This document shows, in pieces, positions 1-13,432 of a DNA stretch of 64,000 nt. Below the pieces are notes generated by a model, which was not told the origin of the DNA, made no database searches, and saw nothing but the letters and a program-made list of their open reading frames with translations. The stretch comes from Octopus vulgaris (Eukaryota), in contig OX597840.1 of NCBI GenBank assembly GCA_951406725.2, forward strand, positions 36,084,001-36,148,000, in the 5' to 3' direction. The position numbers and the translations under genes were made by a program. Every line of letters starts with the position of its first letter. Position 1 is the stretch's first letter.

Positions 1-240
1 CAAATCGGACAATGTTAATACCAAAAATTATTTACATCAAAAAGGTGCTTTTTTTTCTATGAAAATCCCTATTTTTTACGATTTTTTGACTGCTGTGTCG
101 CCATTTTTCGGTGTATTTCAACCATTAAAATGTTCACTTAAAGAGAATAACAAGCTACATAATGCAAAATTTTTACTTTTCAAAAATTCCAATTCTAAAG
201 GGTCGAAACAAACCCGAGCAACGCCGGACGATATTGCTAG
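1..240 (+). mobile_element. 3' end of a non-autonomous Helitron (cut by the window start)
   Basis: aaacccgagcaacgccgga hairpin followed about 8 nt later by CTAG|T; same terminus as the copies at 2276, 4933, 14930 and 16160. Confidence 0.7.
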
Positions 241-381
241 TTAGAAATAAGTTTGAAGTAGATGGATCTGCTGGGAATTTGCACAAGGAACGTTCCAGGA
301 GACAGCGGCATGAACGAGCCCCACAAAGCAAGGAGTGCTAGAAAGGTAGTATTGTCGGGATTCAAAGAAATATATACACAA

Positions 382-787
382 GGCGCAGGAGTGGCTGTGT
401 GGTAAGTAGTTTGTTTACCAACCACATGGTTCCGGGTTCAGTCCCACTGCGTGGCACCTTGGACAAGTGTCTTCTACTATATACTCAGGCCAATCAAAGC
501 CTTGTGAGTGGATTTGGTAGACAGAAACTGAAAGAAGCCCGTCGTATATATGTATATATATATATATATGTTTGTGTATCTGTGTTTGTCCCCTAGCATT
601 GCTTGACAACCGATGCTGGTGTGTTTATGTCCCCGTCACTTAGCGGTTCGGCAAAAGAGACCGATAGAATAAGTACTGGGCTTACAAAGAATAAGTCCCG
701 GGGTTGAGTTGCTCTGTTAAAGGCGGTGCTCCAGCATGGCCGCAGTCAAATGACTGAAACAAGTAAAAGAGTAAAAGAGAGAGTAAG
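382..787 (+). mobile_element. tRNA-head SINE family A, full length
   Basis: ggcgcaggag start, A-box-like tggctgtgtgg, B-box-like ggttcagtccc, central (TA)n, (gtaaaaga)n tail; many copies in the window. Confidence 0.9.
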
Positions 788-1630
788 TGAGTCGAGAGAC
801 AGGGATTTCGATATCTAAAGTCCATCGCATTTTAAAGCGCTTTCATCGGAAAAGATACATCCTAAGAATGGCCAATGAACTCATTAGATTTGATCCAGAC
901 CAAAGAGTGGAATTTTCCAAGATGTGTTCAAGATGCACACTTTCCAACAAAGATTGTTTAGAACAACAAATGATGAACATAAAGAGAGAGAGAGAGAGAG
1001 AAGGAGACAGAGAGAAAGGTGTGAAGCGACAGAAAAATTACTTCTTGGATTTGTACTAAGAGACTATGTATGTATATGAATTTATATTAAAATTAAATTG
1101 CTCAATTAACCACCACAGTTGCATTTACTAGGAACCTAAGAATCTATATATTACGGAGGAACATCATTCAAATATACAAAGAATTACAGTATGGTGCGGC
1201 TTATCATCCAGGGAATTAATTAAACCATCTTTTTTACGGTAATAACATCGGTCACAATTATTCGAACTCTCTGCGACAGTTTGTCATGTGAAACTTTCGG
1301 AGGGGACTTTAGAAGCTTCGGAATTTTATTTCTCAACATTACCACAGTACTGTTAAGGCTTACCTTGATGAGATTTTGTTAAACAGGTGGGTTGGACGAA
1401 GAGGTTTAGAGGAATACTCTCCACGTCCACCAAACATCACACCACGAGACACTTATTTTCATAGAGATACATTAACGATAAAACTTACAATACAAAACCA
1501 GCAACAGTCGATGAATTGAGGACAGTCATTGAACGCGCAGAAATACCATGGAATTACTTCTTGATGTTTGCGATTTCTTTACTTCACATTAGCAACCGTA
1601 CTTGGACCAGAACGATCATCTGTTTGAAAA
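787..1630 (+). pseudogene. Decayed Tc1/mariner-superfamily transposase
   Basis: HTH-like SRETGISISKVHRILKR...DPDQRVEF; near 1381-1535 NRWVGRRGLEEYSPRPPNITP and YNTKPATVDELRTVIE resemble the (W)PPRSPDLTP region; many stops and frameshifts. Confidence 0.7.
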
Positions 1631-1797
1631 CAGGCGTTTCTATAAAAAAAATTAGGTTGTCTACAGATTCTATTAAATTTTGTCCACAGATTCTATTAAA
1701 TTTTGTATTTTAATAAACACGGACTTTATAGTCCTTCAACGTGTTATATATTTTGGAGGATACTGTGTAACTCTTTAAAGAGAATGCAATTCGTGAA

Positions 1798-2020
1798 GGC
1801 GCATGGCTCAGTGCTCATGATCATGAGTTCGATTCCCGGACCGGGCTGTGTGTTGTGTTCTTGAGCAAGACACTTTATTTCACGTTGCTCCAGTTCACTC
1901 AGCTGTAGAAACGAGTTGCAACGTCACTGGTGCCAAACTGTATCGGCCCCTTTGCCTTTCCCTTGGATAACATCAGTGCTGTGAAGAGGGGAGACTGGCA
2001 TGCATGGGTGACTGCTGGTC
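1798..2020 (+). mobile_element. tRNA-head SINE family B, partial
   Basis: tggctcagtg A-box, gagttcgattcc B-box, then gtgttcttgagcaagacactt core typical of metazoan SINE central domains. Confidence 0.7.
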
Positions 2021-2275
2021 ATGCCTCGGATGGGAACTTTCTAGGTGCAATCGTATGGTCATTCATGACGGAAAGGGATCTTTACCCAATTCTGTTTTTA
2101 ACAATCTTATGGTTTGGGTCAACTGCTCCTTGTTTTTGCAAAGCTTTCGTACCTGGCCACAGAAGTTTCAATTTCCAGTTTTCTGAATCAACTCGATTAT
2201 TTTCAGGATCTTTACCTTCCTTTCTTTCTCTCTGTCTAGCTGTCTCTCTATTTCTATTTTGCCCGTTCGACTATA

Positions 2276-2672
2276 TCTTTATATATAAAAGTGAAGTTGT
2301 GTGTCTGTCTCCTACGATTTAGATTCCTAATTACTCCCACATTTTGCGGTGCAGTTTAACCAAAACCGGGTATCTTATAGTCGTGATTCAAATCGAGCCC
2401 TTCTGGGTATTAGCGCGCGTCTACGATGAGTCTACGATTTTAAAAATAATTTACCATAACTTTTTTCCATTTTAATGCATTTTTTCGCTATTATATAAGG
2501 GAAATAATTCTCTAAAAATGTCTACGATGAGTCAACGATTTTTAAAAAAAATTTACCATCATTTTTTTCCCTTTTTAATGCATTTTTTGTTAAGTTTTGG
2601 CTATAACTCTCTAAAAATGCTTATATAGTTATTTCCCTTACAAACCCGAGCAACGCCGGGCGATACTGCAAG
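2276..2672 (+). mobile_element. Non-autonomous Helitron
   Basis: A|TC start (tctttatatataaaag), 3' hairpin cccgagcaacgccggg, CAAG|T end (mutated CTAG), no TSD; internal ~100-bp duplication. Confidence 0.8.
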
Positions 2673-2753
2673 TAGAATATAGAAGATAACAACAATAGAA
2701 GATATCTATACCCAATCAATATCGATGAACGCTTGTGAAATCGTTTGCAGTTA

Positions 2754-2917
2754 GGCGCAGGAGTGGCTGTGTGGTAAGTAGCTTGCTAACCAACCACGTG
2801 GTTCCGGGTTCAGTCCACTGTGTGGCATCTTGGGCAAGTGTCTTCTGCTATAGCCTCGGGCCGACCAATGCCTTGTGAGTGGATTTGGTAGACGGAAACT
2901 GAAAGAAGCCTGTCGTA

Positions 2918-3004
<87 letters not shown>

Positions 3005-3220
3005 TGTGTGTGTTTGTCCCCCTATCATTGCTTGACAACCGATGCTGGTGTGTTTACGTCCCCCGTCACTTAGCGGTTCGGCAAAAGAGATCGATGGAAT
3101 AAGTACTGGGCTTACAAAAGAATAAGTCCCGGGGTCGATTTGCTCGACTAACGGCGGTGCTCCAGCATGGCCGCAGTCAAATGACTGAAACAAGTAAAAG
3201 AGTAAAAGAGTTAAGAGAGT
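2754..3220 (+). mobile_element. SINE family A, full length with expanded (TA)n(TG)n
   Basis: Near-identical to 382-787. Confidence 0.9.
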
Positions 3221-3224
3221 TAAT

Positions 3225-4080
3225 GTTGCAACGATTCACTGCTCTGAAACATTTTCACAAAGTAGGGAGTCCCTGGAAACGTTATAAATGTTTTCATTCT
3301 TTCTCAATTTCTAAACCTACAAAATTCTATGAAGAAGAAAATGGACGCATTCCATGAATTGCCTTCAAATTGTAATTAACTTCATATTTAAACTTACTGC
3401 AAAGTCACTATCAATCTTTTATTCTTTTACTTGTTTCAGTCACCCTCCTGCTGCCATGCTGGAGCACCACCTTTAGTAAAGCAAATCAACCCCAGAGCTT
3501 ATTCTTTGTAAGCCAAGTACTTTTTCTATCGGTCTCTTTTGCCAAACCGCTAAGTCACGGGGACGTACACACACCAGCATCGGATATCAAAATATCCCAC
3601 TTCAAATGGATTTATTCAATTTGCAAGGGATGAGAATCGTTGATGCGTATCACACCGGAAGTTGCTTTGCATTTTCTTTTTTATATCCGAGTTCATGGCT
3701 TGTAAATCTTAAAATCTTGTTTTGGAAATTTGTCCAAAACATTCTCGCCCAACACAGGTTCCTCTTCTGGCATTGCTGGAAAAGGCAGAGGCTTTTGAGT
3801 TGATTTATAAACCAACGCAGCATGGGTTTAAAATTGCTTGTAATTAGCAAATTAATAAACTGGTTCGGCTCCCCTAATTTCGGATTTTGACCATTTATCT
3901 GGCAATCTGGCATTTATTGCATATCAACCATAAATGCCAAATCACATTGCAAATTTTGCTTCTCTAATTCCATAACAGGAAAATCATTGATATTAATGAA
4001 AAATTTCATTTCATCTTTCACCTCACAGCAATTCCAAATCGTAAAACCCTTGCTAAGCAAGCGAACCCGAAAACGGCACA
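3225..4080 (-). pseudogene. Decayed hAT (Buster/SPIN, GTF2IRD2-like) transposase fragment interrupted by a SINE piece
   Basis: Manual minus-strand translation gives RVRLLSKG (VRWLS.G motif), then EVKDEMKFF...CDLAFMVD and INGQNPKLGEPNQFI; a YLCE-like remnant near 3260. Confidence 0.65.
3416..3583 (-). mobile_element. SINE family A, 3' fragment
   Basis: Reverse complement of the tail half of 382-787. Confidence 0.85.
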
Positions 4081-4200
4081 ATGCGTTGTCTATTTTATTC
4101 AGATATCCTTTAAAAAAAACGTATCTAAAACCCTTGTTTTCAATGCGTTGCTTTTATAGAGTTGTTACATTTGCTTAACGCGTTCCATTTTGTTACGAAT

Positions 4201-4920
<720 letters not shown>

Positions 4921-4932
4921 TATATATATATA

Positions 4933-5568
4933 CTAGCAGTATCGCCCGGCGTTGCTCGGGTTTGTAAGGGAAATAACTATATAAGCATTTTTAGAGAGTT
5001 ATAGCCAAAAAATAGCAAAAAATGCATTAAAAATGGAAAAAATATGATGGTAAATTTTTTTTTAAATCGTTGACTCATCGTAGACATTTTTAGAGAGTTA
5101 CTTCCCTTATATAATAGCGAAAAATGCATTAAAATGGAAAAAAAACGATGGCAAATTTTTTTTTAAATCGTAGACTCATGTAGACGCTTTCTTAGCCATT
5201 TCTGTTTTGGTGTCTTCAAGCCATGAAGTCGTTGTTCTAAAAGAACACTGGTCTCCTTGACAACGCATTACGACGTTGATTTCCTTACACTCCCTTCCCC
5301 ACAGGTGCAGGTGTGAGCGTGGACGCCAACTCCGCCGCCATCGACACACGAAAAATTATGCATTAAAATGGAATAAAAAATAATGTTAAATTATTTTTAA
5401 AATCGTAGACTCATCGTAGACGCGCGCTAATATTCAGACGGGCTCGATATGAATCACGACTATAAGCTACCCGAATTTGGTGAAACTGCACCGCAAAATG
5501 CGGGAGTAGTTAGAAATCTAAATCGAAGGGGACAGACACTCACACAACTACAGTTTTATATATATAGA
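4933..5568 (-). mobile_element. Non-autonomous Helitron, long variant
   Basis: CTAG at 4933-4936 next to the hairpin; TC start at 5568; colinear with 14930-15481. Confidence 0.85.
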
Positions 5569-5584
5569 TATACATAGCGCAGTA

Positions 5585-5945
5585 GTGGTGAGATGTGACA
5601 GCAAAGAAAAGCATACATTCACTCTCTGCATGCAATTAGACTCGGAAAGTTCGTGAGGAACCCATTGACCCAATTTGCTGACTTTTCCGATAGCACACAG
5701 GTGTCAATGAATGGTTGAATGACCAAATCCAAGCTTCTCTGCTAGTTCCTCAACAGTTACGATGATATTTTGTTCCACCAGGGTTTTCAGGATGTCCTTG
5801 TGGAGTTCTACAGATCTTTCAGGATGAGGCTCGTCTTCTAGGCTGTAGTTTATGGCTCGGGATTTCTGGAACCACCATTGACACTGCCTTACGCTTATTG
5901 TCCAATCCCCATATACTGCATTAATATTTCTTGTACTTTGCACAC
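5585..5945 (-). pseudogene. Mariner (Mos1/SETMAR-like) transposase N-terminal fragment
   Basis: RNINAVYG...CQWWFQK...SLEDEPH...EELAEKLG...STIH; after a stop, GKVSKLGQWVPHEL (diagnostic WVPHEL at about 5648-5666). Confidence 0.9.
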
Positions 5946-6003
5946 ATTTATATTCTGTTATTCTTTTATATGTTTCAGCCTTGAGGTTGTGGCCATGCTG
6001 GAT

Positions 6004-6005
<2 letters not shown>

Positions 6006-6037
<32 letters not shown>

Positions 6038-6258
6038 TATCTGTCTGTCTGTCTGTATGTATATATGTATATGTATGTGTGTGAACAATAATATTTTCAA
6101 CAGATGTGTTGCAAATGTATCTGATTGTTCTCAAGCTTCAATATTGTGTGTGTGTATGTGTGTGTGTGTATGTATGTATGTATATGTATGTATGTATATG
6201 TATATATGTATGTATGTGTGTATGTATGTATGTGTGTGTGTATGTATGTGTGTGTGTA

Positions 6259-6289
<31 letters not shown>

Positions 6290-6316
6290 ATGTATGTATG
6301 TATGTATGAGTGTATG
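6006..6316. repeat. (TG)n/(TATG)n microsatellites
   Basis: Directly visible. Confidence 0.95.
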
Positions 6317-6599
6317 TTTACTTTATTACTAACACAAGCCACTACGGTTATTTAATGTAAAGTCTTCCTCAAATCACTCTCTCTCTCGCTATTTACTCTC
6401 TTCCAAGAACATTTTCACTCACTCTTAGCTCTTAGCTTCCCATACATTTTACTCATGTATCTATCAGCGTCATAGACAGAATACTTTCAGTTTAGTCTTC
6501 CTCAAATCACTCTGTCGCTATTTACTTTCATTTTATTCGTTGCCCACTGTGTGTGTGCGTTTGCGTGTGGTGTAAACCAGACTAAGAAAAGCATTTGAC

Positions 6600-6792
6600 A
6601 CACACACCAGAATGTGAGTTTTCTGTAAATTTTGCTTAATTGGAGTTTAAATTTTAAAAACTGGACCTGGCATGACGCGATGCATTGTACTCTTAAAAAT
6701 GCTAGGTAAATTGTAATTGAAGAAATCCTATATTGTAGATTTCTATAACTCCCAAAGGGAGGCAGATAAAATCTGCCTTTTATAATAAGAGA
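6600..6792 (-). mobile_element. 5' end of a second Helitron-like family
   Basis: Reverse strand starts A|TCTCTTATTATAAAAAGG, like other Helitron 5' ends; 3' end not found. Confidence 0.4.
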
Positions 6793-6799
6793 TATGCAT

Positions 6800-6960
6800 A
6801 TATACGACGGGCTTCTTTCAGTTTCCGTCTACCAAATCCACTCACAAGGCTTTGGTCGGCTGGAGGCTATCGTAGAAGACACTTGCCCAAGGTGCCACGC
6901 AGTGGGACTGAACCCGGAACCATGTGGTTGGTAAACAAGCTACTTACCACACAGCCACTC
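6800..6960 (-). mobile_element. SINE family A, 5' half
   Basis: Matches the head and core of 382-545. Confidence 0.9.
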
Positions 6961-7551
6961 TTACACCTAATCCATAGAAATAATTCTATTTTATTGATGA
7001 ATATGACAATAACACTCTTTTAAACCTTTGCCCGTCCTGTATATACCAATATGATACACAAAACATGTTTCCCTGACGTCCATCCCTCATCAATGAGGAA
7101 TGGTCGTCACATCCCAAATTTTGTTTTATTTATTTTTGTTTTGCTTTTTTTGTTTTGCTTTTTCAACCACCAAAGTAACTTGGAACTTATAAATGGAGAT
7201 CTTGGTATTACTCAGAGCGTATGGAACAAAGGCTAACCTAAGGTCGGAAAACAAACATGGGCGTTTAGAACAATCTTACGGAAATTCTTTAGACAGGCAA
7301 AGAGTTAAGACACACATGCTTACTTACAAAATGTTTACTTTAACCCTTTAGTTCCCATATTTCTATTGAAATGTACAGCCTCTGTTTCAATCAGTTCTGA
7401 AAGATAATTAAGAATTTCATAAAATAACTTTGTTTTTATAAATATTTAGTAAGGACAACAAAGTACCTCAAGAACCGTGAGGTTCGTGCACGAAACTCTC
7501 AGCCCTTTAGTCACTCTGTTGCTTTTGCTAAGTATATTATATATATATATG

Positions 7552-7748
7552 TGTGACCTCGTGAAGACTACCTGCATTTTTTTCCTCTGTCCTCCCGTCT
7601 CGGGATCTTTCTTTCTCCTATGTTTCCGACGAAGAGCTCCGCTCGAAACGTCATACCCTCCTTCTTCCCTTCTTTCCTGAGCGTCCAATAATACTTTATT
7701 TGTTCCACATCCTCGCGTTGTTGTCTTTTTGTTTTCTTGTTTGGATTA

Positions 7749-7753
<5 letters not shown>
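7552..7753 (+). mobile_element. Short element in a (TA)n tract, probably a Penelope-like pLTR derivative
   Basis: TA runs on both sides; contains a hammerhead-like motif. Confidence 0.5.
7622..7656 (+). ncRNA. Minimal type I hammerhead-ribozyme-like motif (degenerate)
   Basis: gttt-CCGACGA-a-GAGC-tcc-GCTC-GAAA-c-GTC-atac: perfect stem II, stem I 3/4 paired, U4->C in the core. Confidence 0.5.
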
Positions 7754-7825
<72 letters not shown>

Positions 7826-7991
7826 ATATAATATAATATAATATAATATAATGTAAATTAGAGAAAAAACACTATTATGCAATTCAAACAGTGATAGACA
7901 TAAACCAAATCATAAATAAAAAATATAATATATTTTTATAAAACATATAACTAGATAACAAAATGTATAAAAATGAATAATCAATATATAA

Positions 7992-8045
<54 letters not shown>

Positions 8046-8838
8046 TATGCAATTGAATTCGGTACTTAAATTGAGATACCTTGTTAGGTCTGAGTAATAT
8101 GCATATTCAACAATATTAAGTAAATATCAGACTTCGTGCATAAGTGCCGCCCACGTGATATTCTTGTAGTGTCTGCAGATAATAAGACCCAGCTGAGGGA
8201 AGAAATCTGCTCTTAGTTATTTAGACGTGTACTTTGAATGACAAATACTGTCTATAATATTTACGAAGCTGATTCCAGGATAGATGAATAAGAAATATAT
8301 TTAAAATAAAGATTACTCCGAAGTAGCAATGACATTACATTTAATTCTATGATAAGGTTGTGATTGCCACGATTACAAACCATAGTTTCAATTCAAACTA
8401 TATAGTTTTAATGTGGTAACTTTCTTGGCATTAAACGAAATGTTTTGAAATTCCCATCAACTAGAGGATAGGACCGAAACATATACGTAGGTTCTTTTTT
8501 CTTTTAATATATTTTTCTTTGAGCTCCCAGCTTCTAATCAATTTATTTGTGACGCTATTTTTCTTTAAAAAATGCCATCTTTTTGTAACATACAAAGAAT
8601 TTACAGAGAGAATTAAAGGGGACTAGGAACAGTATTACAAATCCAACAGCTGTTAATACCTCAGCAAATATCACCCCACTTGTAGTATCTCTCTATCATT
8701 CCTATTCTCTGTAAGTCAGATCTTTTTATATGTAAACTTATATACAATTCTTTATTTCATGTATTTAATATACTGTGTATATACTAACTTTCTTCACTTA
8801 CATTACACATACATATATATATATACACATATATATAC

Positions 8839-8869
<31 letters not shown>

Positions 8870-9724
8870 TGTATGTATGTATGTATGTGTGTATGTATGT
8901 ATGTATGTATGTATGTATGTATGTATGTATGTATGTATGTATGTGTGTGTGTATGTATGTATGTATGTGTGTATAAGAAACGTGTCGTGAGTAATTCCTT
9001 AGGGTAGGCAGTTGGTGAAATTTATGTAATGAAACACACGCAAAAAATAAGCGAAACACAGTTGGAGGCAGATTTACTTCTGCCTTTATAACGCGTAATG
9101 AGAACGTTGTTGTAGGAGTGTACACAGCATGTGTACTACAGCAGTTCTATGCGTAGCTTAAATACTGAGATTGAAAGGCAGGGGCAAATTATGCCCACCT
9201 AATCTACAAAAAGATAAAACACTTTACATTTTATGCATAGTAATCAGAGTAACCTTCATAATTTTATTGAATTATGGGCATATTTTGCTATAAATGAAAA
9301 ATATTGCTATCGATCTATTTTATTCCAGGTAGGCAATGCATACCTTACCTACCTAGGCGGCATGACCCTGTTATATATATATATATATATTGTTTTTGAG
9401 TATACATTGTCTGGAAAACTCGTCTTATAGTAGAAGAAATAGCTAAATTCTTTGGCTGCTATTTCTAAAATTTCGGTGTGTGGTAAAGTAATTTTTTTTA
9501 CTGAACCCTAATTATATAACGTAATGTTTTAACTATACCGTAAATGGTCCTTTTACATACTGAACACTACTTGGTAAAATTATTAATTACTAATTAATTC
9601 ATTTTACCCTTTTATGATTGACTATATATATATATTGTTATCTATAAGAATGTCATATTAATATGGCGACAACAATTAATTTCCAGTAAACGCTGCCGTA
9701 ATCTCTTTTATAGAGACTTAGTAA

Positions 9725-9816
<92 letters not shown>

Positions 9817-9856
9817 TACATACATACATACATACATACATTCATACATACATACA

Positions 9857-9888
<32 letters not shown>

Positions 9889-9925
9889 CATACATACATA
9901 CATACATACATACATGTATATGTAC

Positions 9926-10130
9926 GAGTTTCACGTTCCCGTTCGTCGGACAAATCCTCAATCTAAACTGCCCGACGAACGGGAACGCGAAACTCTGAGT
10001 ACCAGTTTTTGGTGATATTTTTGTGTGATGTTTTTGCACCTTTCGTTATAATAAAGCATATTACTCTACCTCCGGTATTCGAGTACTATTTTTGCCCATC
10101 TTGTTTCACATTTAATTACTTACTTTGATA
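9926..10130 (+). mobile_element. Short hammerhead-containing element with an inverted 5' arm (Penelope-like pLTR/retrozyme-like)
   Basis: 24-bp inverted repeat 9926-9949/9972-9995; microsatellite flanks; its 3' part recurs at about 44095-44142. Confidence 0.55.
9965..10008 (+). ncRNA. Type I hammerhead-ribozyme-like motif
   Basis: Stem I AAACTG/CAGTTT; core CCGACGA; stem II (A)CG-GGAA-CG(C); GAAA; stem III ACTC-t-GAGT; GUA site ending at 10001. Confidence 0.65.
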
Positions 10131-10209
10131 TATGTGTGTAGGTGTGTGTGTAGGTGTGTGTGTGTAGGTGTGTGGGTGTGTTTGTGTATTGGCAATATTA
10201 AAATATGGC

Positions 10210-10360
10210 TTACTCCGAAGTAGCAATACCATTAATTAAATTCTATAATTATAGTCTGCCTTTTAAGACCAACACTCGTTTCAGTTGCACCGATTAGTAA
10301 TCGTGGCAATTACAACCTTATTATAGAATTAAACGTAATGCCTTTGCTACTTCGGAATAA
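10210..10360. mobile_element. MITE-like element with ~40-bp imperfect TIRs
   Basis: ttactccgaagtagcaa...ttgctacttcggaataa; one arm recurs at 8313-8375. Confidence 0.6.
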
Positions 10361-10944
10361 TCATTATTATTAATCGTGTTGATATTTATACGCCAGGAAA
10401 CCCATAAGGTTAAGCAAATATATTCAGAATTATCCAACGGAATATTCTCCTAATTTCTTATCTTCTAAGAACTTCATTAGATTTATATGTTAACTCTTGA
10501 ATAACATATTTTGAATACCTGAGAGCAGACTGGTAAATGTTTTGGAATAATCTCTTACTTTTTACTAATATATATAGATCAGAGAAAGACTTGCTTTTCT
10601 GTTTTATGGGCCGTTGAAAGTATCTCGTTTTTGTTTTGAGTTTTGCTTTTAGATGTATTTCTAGCGAATTTCGTCAAAGGGCTCATTTGACCTGCTAGAA
10701 AAAGCTGCCAAATTTCCCTCAGATCAATGCTTGCTATCTTAAATAAGGTAATGGTGCATTAGATAAATTAACCTTTGAGGGATGGTCACGAATGGAACAT
10801 TTTCCGTCTTATTTGTACTGCATTATCTTTGACCTGCTGTTAAACCACAACACCGCCAACAACAAAAACAACATCAATGACAACTCAAACAACAACAGCA
10901 ACAATATTAACAACGCTTATAACAACTAAATGCTCCTATTTGTG

Positions 10945-11106
10945 GCTGTGATGGTGCCGATGATGACGGTGCTTGTGATGACAGTGCTGATGGTGGTGGT
11001 GGTGGTGGAGGTGACGGTTGTGGTAATGGATGTGGTGGTAGTGGTGGTACCGTACGTTATTGTAGCGGTGGCAGTTATGATGGTGTTGATGGAAGTGGTG
11101 GTAATT

Positions 11107-11143
<37 letters not shown>

Positions 11144-11180
11144 CGGTAGTGGTGATGGTTGTGGTGATGGTAGTGGTGGC

Positions 11181-11222
<42 letters not shown>

Positions 11223-11232
11223 GGTGGTGGTG

Positions 11233-11272
<40 letters not shown>

Positions 11273-12365
11273 CAGTGGCGATGGGCAGTGGCGACGCTAG
11301 CAGCGACGGTGACAGCAATAGTGACGGTAGTAGGGGTTACGGCTATAGTAGTGTAGGTGGTGGTGGTGGTGGTGATGGTGGTGGTAGTGGTGGTGGTGAT
11401 GGTGGTGGTGGTGGTGGTGGTGGTGGTGGTGGTGGTGGTGGTGGTGGTGGTGGTGGTGGTGGTGGTGGTGGTGGTGGTGTTAGTGGTGGTGGTGTTGGTG
11501 GTGGTAGTGGTGGTGGTGGTGGTGGTGGTGGTGGTGGTGGTGGTGGTGGTGGTGGTGGTGGTGGTGTTTGAAAGACAACAGTTCCTAATTGAATGAAGCA
11601 CTTAATAAACAGCTCCAGATCTAATTACTGAGATCCAAAGAAAGAACTGGAATAAAAGTCACGTGGGGCTTTTAAAAATCCGGACTTTAGAATGGTTTAT
11701 GCAGGGATGAGTAGTAGGGTGGGGGCGGGGGTATTAGGATATAAGGAGGAGGAGGAAGAGGAGGGGTAGAGCGGAAAGTGATGATGATGATGATGATGAT
11801 GATGACGTCCACGATGATGATGATGATGATGATGAGGTCCACGATGATGATGATGATGATGATGATGATGATAATGGTGGTGGTGGTGATGATAGTGATA
11901 GTGATGATTAGGAGGAGGAGGAGGAGGCGGCGGAAGATCACAATGATGGCACTGATGATGATTGATGATGATGATGATGATTGATAAGGGTGATGATGAT
12001 AATGATGATGATAACGACGAATTTGTAGGAGGGGAAGGAAGGGAGGAGGAGGAGGGGAGGAGGGGAGGAGGGGAGGAGGGGAGGAGGGGAGGAAGGAGGG
12101 GGAGAGGAGAAAGATGAAAATGAGGAGGAAGAAAAGGAGCTATGGGAGGCGGGAGTGGATGAGGAGAGAAGGTAGAGGAGGAGGAAAAGGAGGAAGATGA
12201 AGAGGAGGAGGATGACGACGATGAAAAAGAGTAGAGCATAGCAGTAGAGGTAGAGGAAGGAGAGGGGAAAGGTGGAGGAACGGCGGGAAAGGAAGGAGAG
12301 AAGGAAGGGAGAGGAAGAAGAAGATGAGGAGAAGAGGGAGCAGGAGAGGAAGACGTGGAGGTAGT
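10945..12365. repeat. Compound (GTG/GTA/GGT)n, (GAT)n and polypurine (GGA/GAG) tracts
   Basis: Directly visible. Confidence 0.95.
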
Positions 12366-12469
12366 AGAAATCTAAAGAGGAAGTGTCGATAGGGGGTTGT
12401 GGGGGGAGAAAGTGATGCTGAGAAGAGATAAATATAAGCTTATGGTGGAGGCAGTGATACTGGGGGTAC

Positions 12470-12512
<43 letters not shown>

Positions 12513-12625
12513 GGGGTGTATGAGAAAGGGTGAAAGAGAGAAGAATGTCAAAGAAAGGCTATTAGAATTCGGTGAGGAATCATGTAGTGATGGGTTAATA
12601 AATATGTAGGAAGAACATGTGAAAT

Positions 12626-12627
<2 letters not shown>

Positions 12628-12680
<53 letters not shown>

Positions 12681-13432
12681 TCTTTGTATGTGTGTGTCTT
12701 TGTGTGTGTGTGTGTGTCTTTGTATGTGTGTGTCTTTGTATGTGTGTATTTGTATGTGTGTGTCTTTGTGAGTGTGTGAGTATATGTCTGTGTGTGTCTT
12801 TGTATGTCTGTGTCTTTGTGAGTGTGTGAGTATATGACTGTGTGTGTCTTTGTATGTGTGTGTCTTTGTATGTGTGTGTATTTGTATGTGTGTGTCTGTG
12901 TGTTTAAGTCTGTGTGTGTCTTTGTATGTGTGTGTCTTTGTGTGTGTGTGTCTTTGTATGTGTGTGTCTTTGTATGTGTGTGTCTTTGTATGTGTGTGTC
13001 TTTGTATGTGTGTGTATTTGTATGTGTGTGTCTGTGTGTTTAAGTCTGTGTGTGTCTTTGTATGTGTGTGTCTTTGTGTGTGTGTGTCTTTGTATGTGTG
13101 TGTCTTTGTATGTGTGTGTCTTTGTGTGTGTGTGTCTTTGTATGTATATGTCTTTGTATGTGTGTCTTTGTATGTGTGTGTCTTTGTATGTGTGTGTTTG
13201 TATGTATATGTCTTTGTATGTGTGTCTTTGTATGTGTGTGTCTTTGTGTGTGTGTGTCTTTGTGAGTGTGTGTCTTTGTATGTGTGTGTCTTTGTATGTG
13301 TGTGTCTTTATATGTGTGTGTCTTTGTATGTGTGCGTCTTTGTATGTGCGTCTTTGTATGTGTGTGTCTTTGTATGTATGTGTCTGTGTATGTGTGTGTG
13401 TGTGTGTGTGTGTTTAAGTCTCTGTGTGTGTG
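12628..13432. repeat. TG-derived ~18-bp minisatellite (tgtgtgtgtctttgta)
   Basis: Directly visible tandem units. Confidence 0.9.

Noticed and set aside
382-450. tRNA gene at SINE heads
   Set aside because: A/B-box remnants only, no cloverleaf; continues into the SINE body
8985-9370. Possible hAT-type MITE
   Set aside because: Only weak inverted similarity (tagggtaggca / tacctacctagg); no convincing TIR pair or TSD
10926-12239. Poly-T/V/G/H/M ORFs (mucin-like)
   Set aside because: Trinucleotide microsatellites; no splice or domain support
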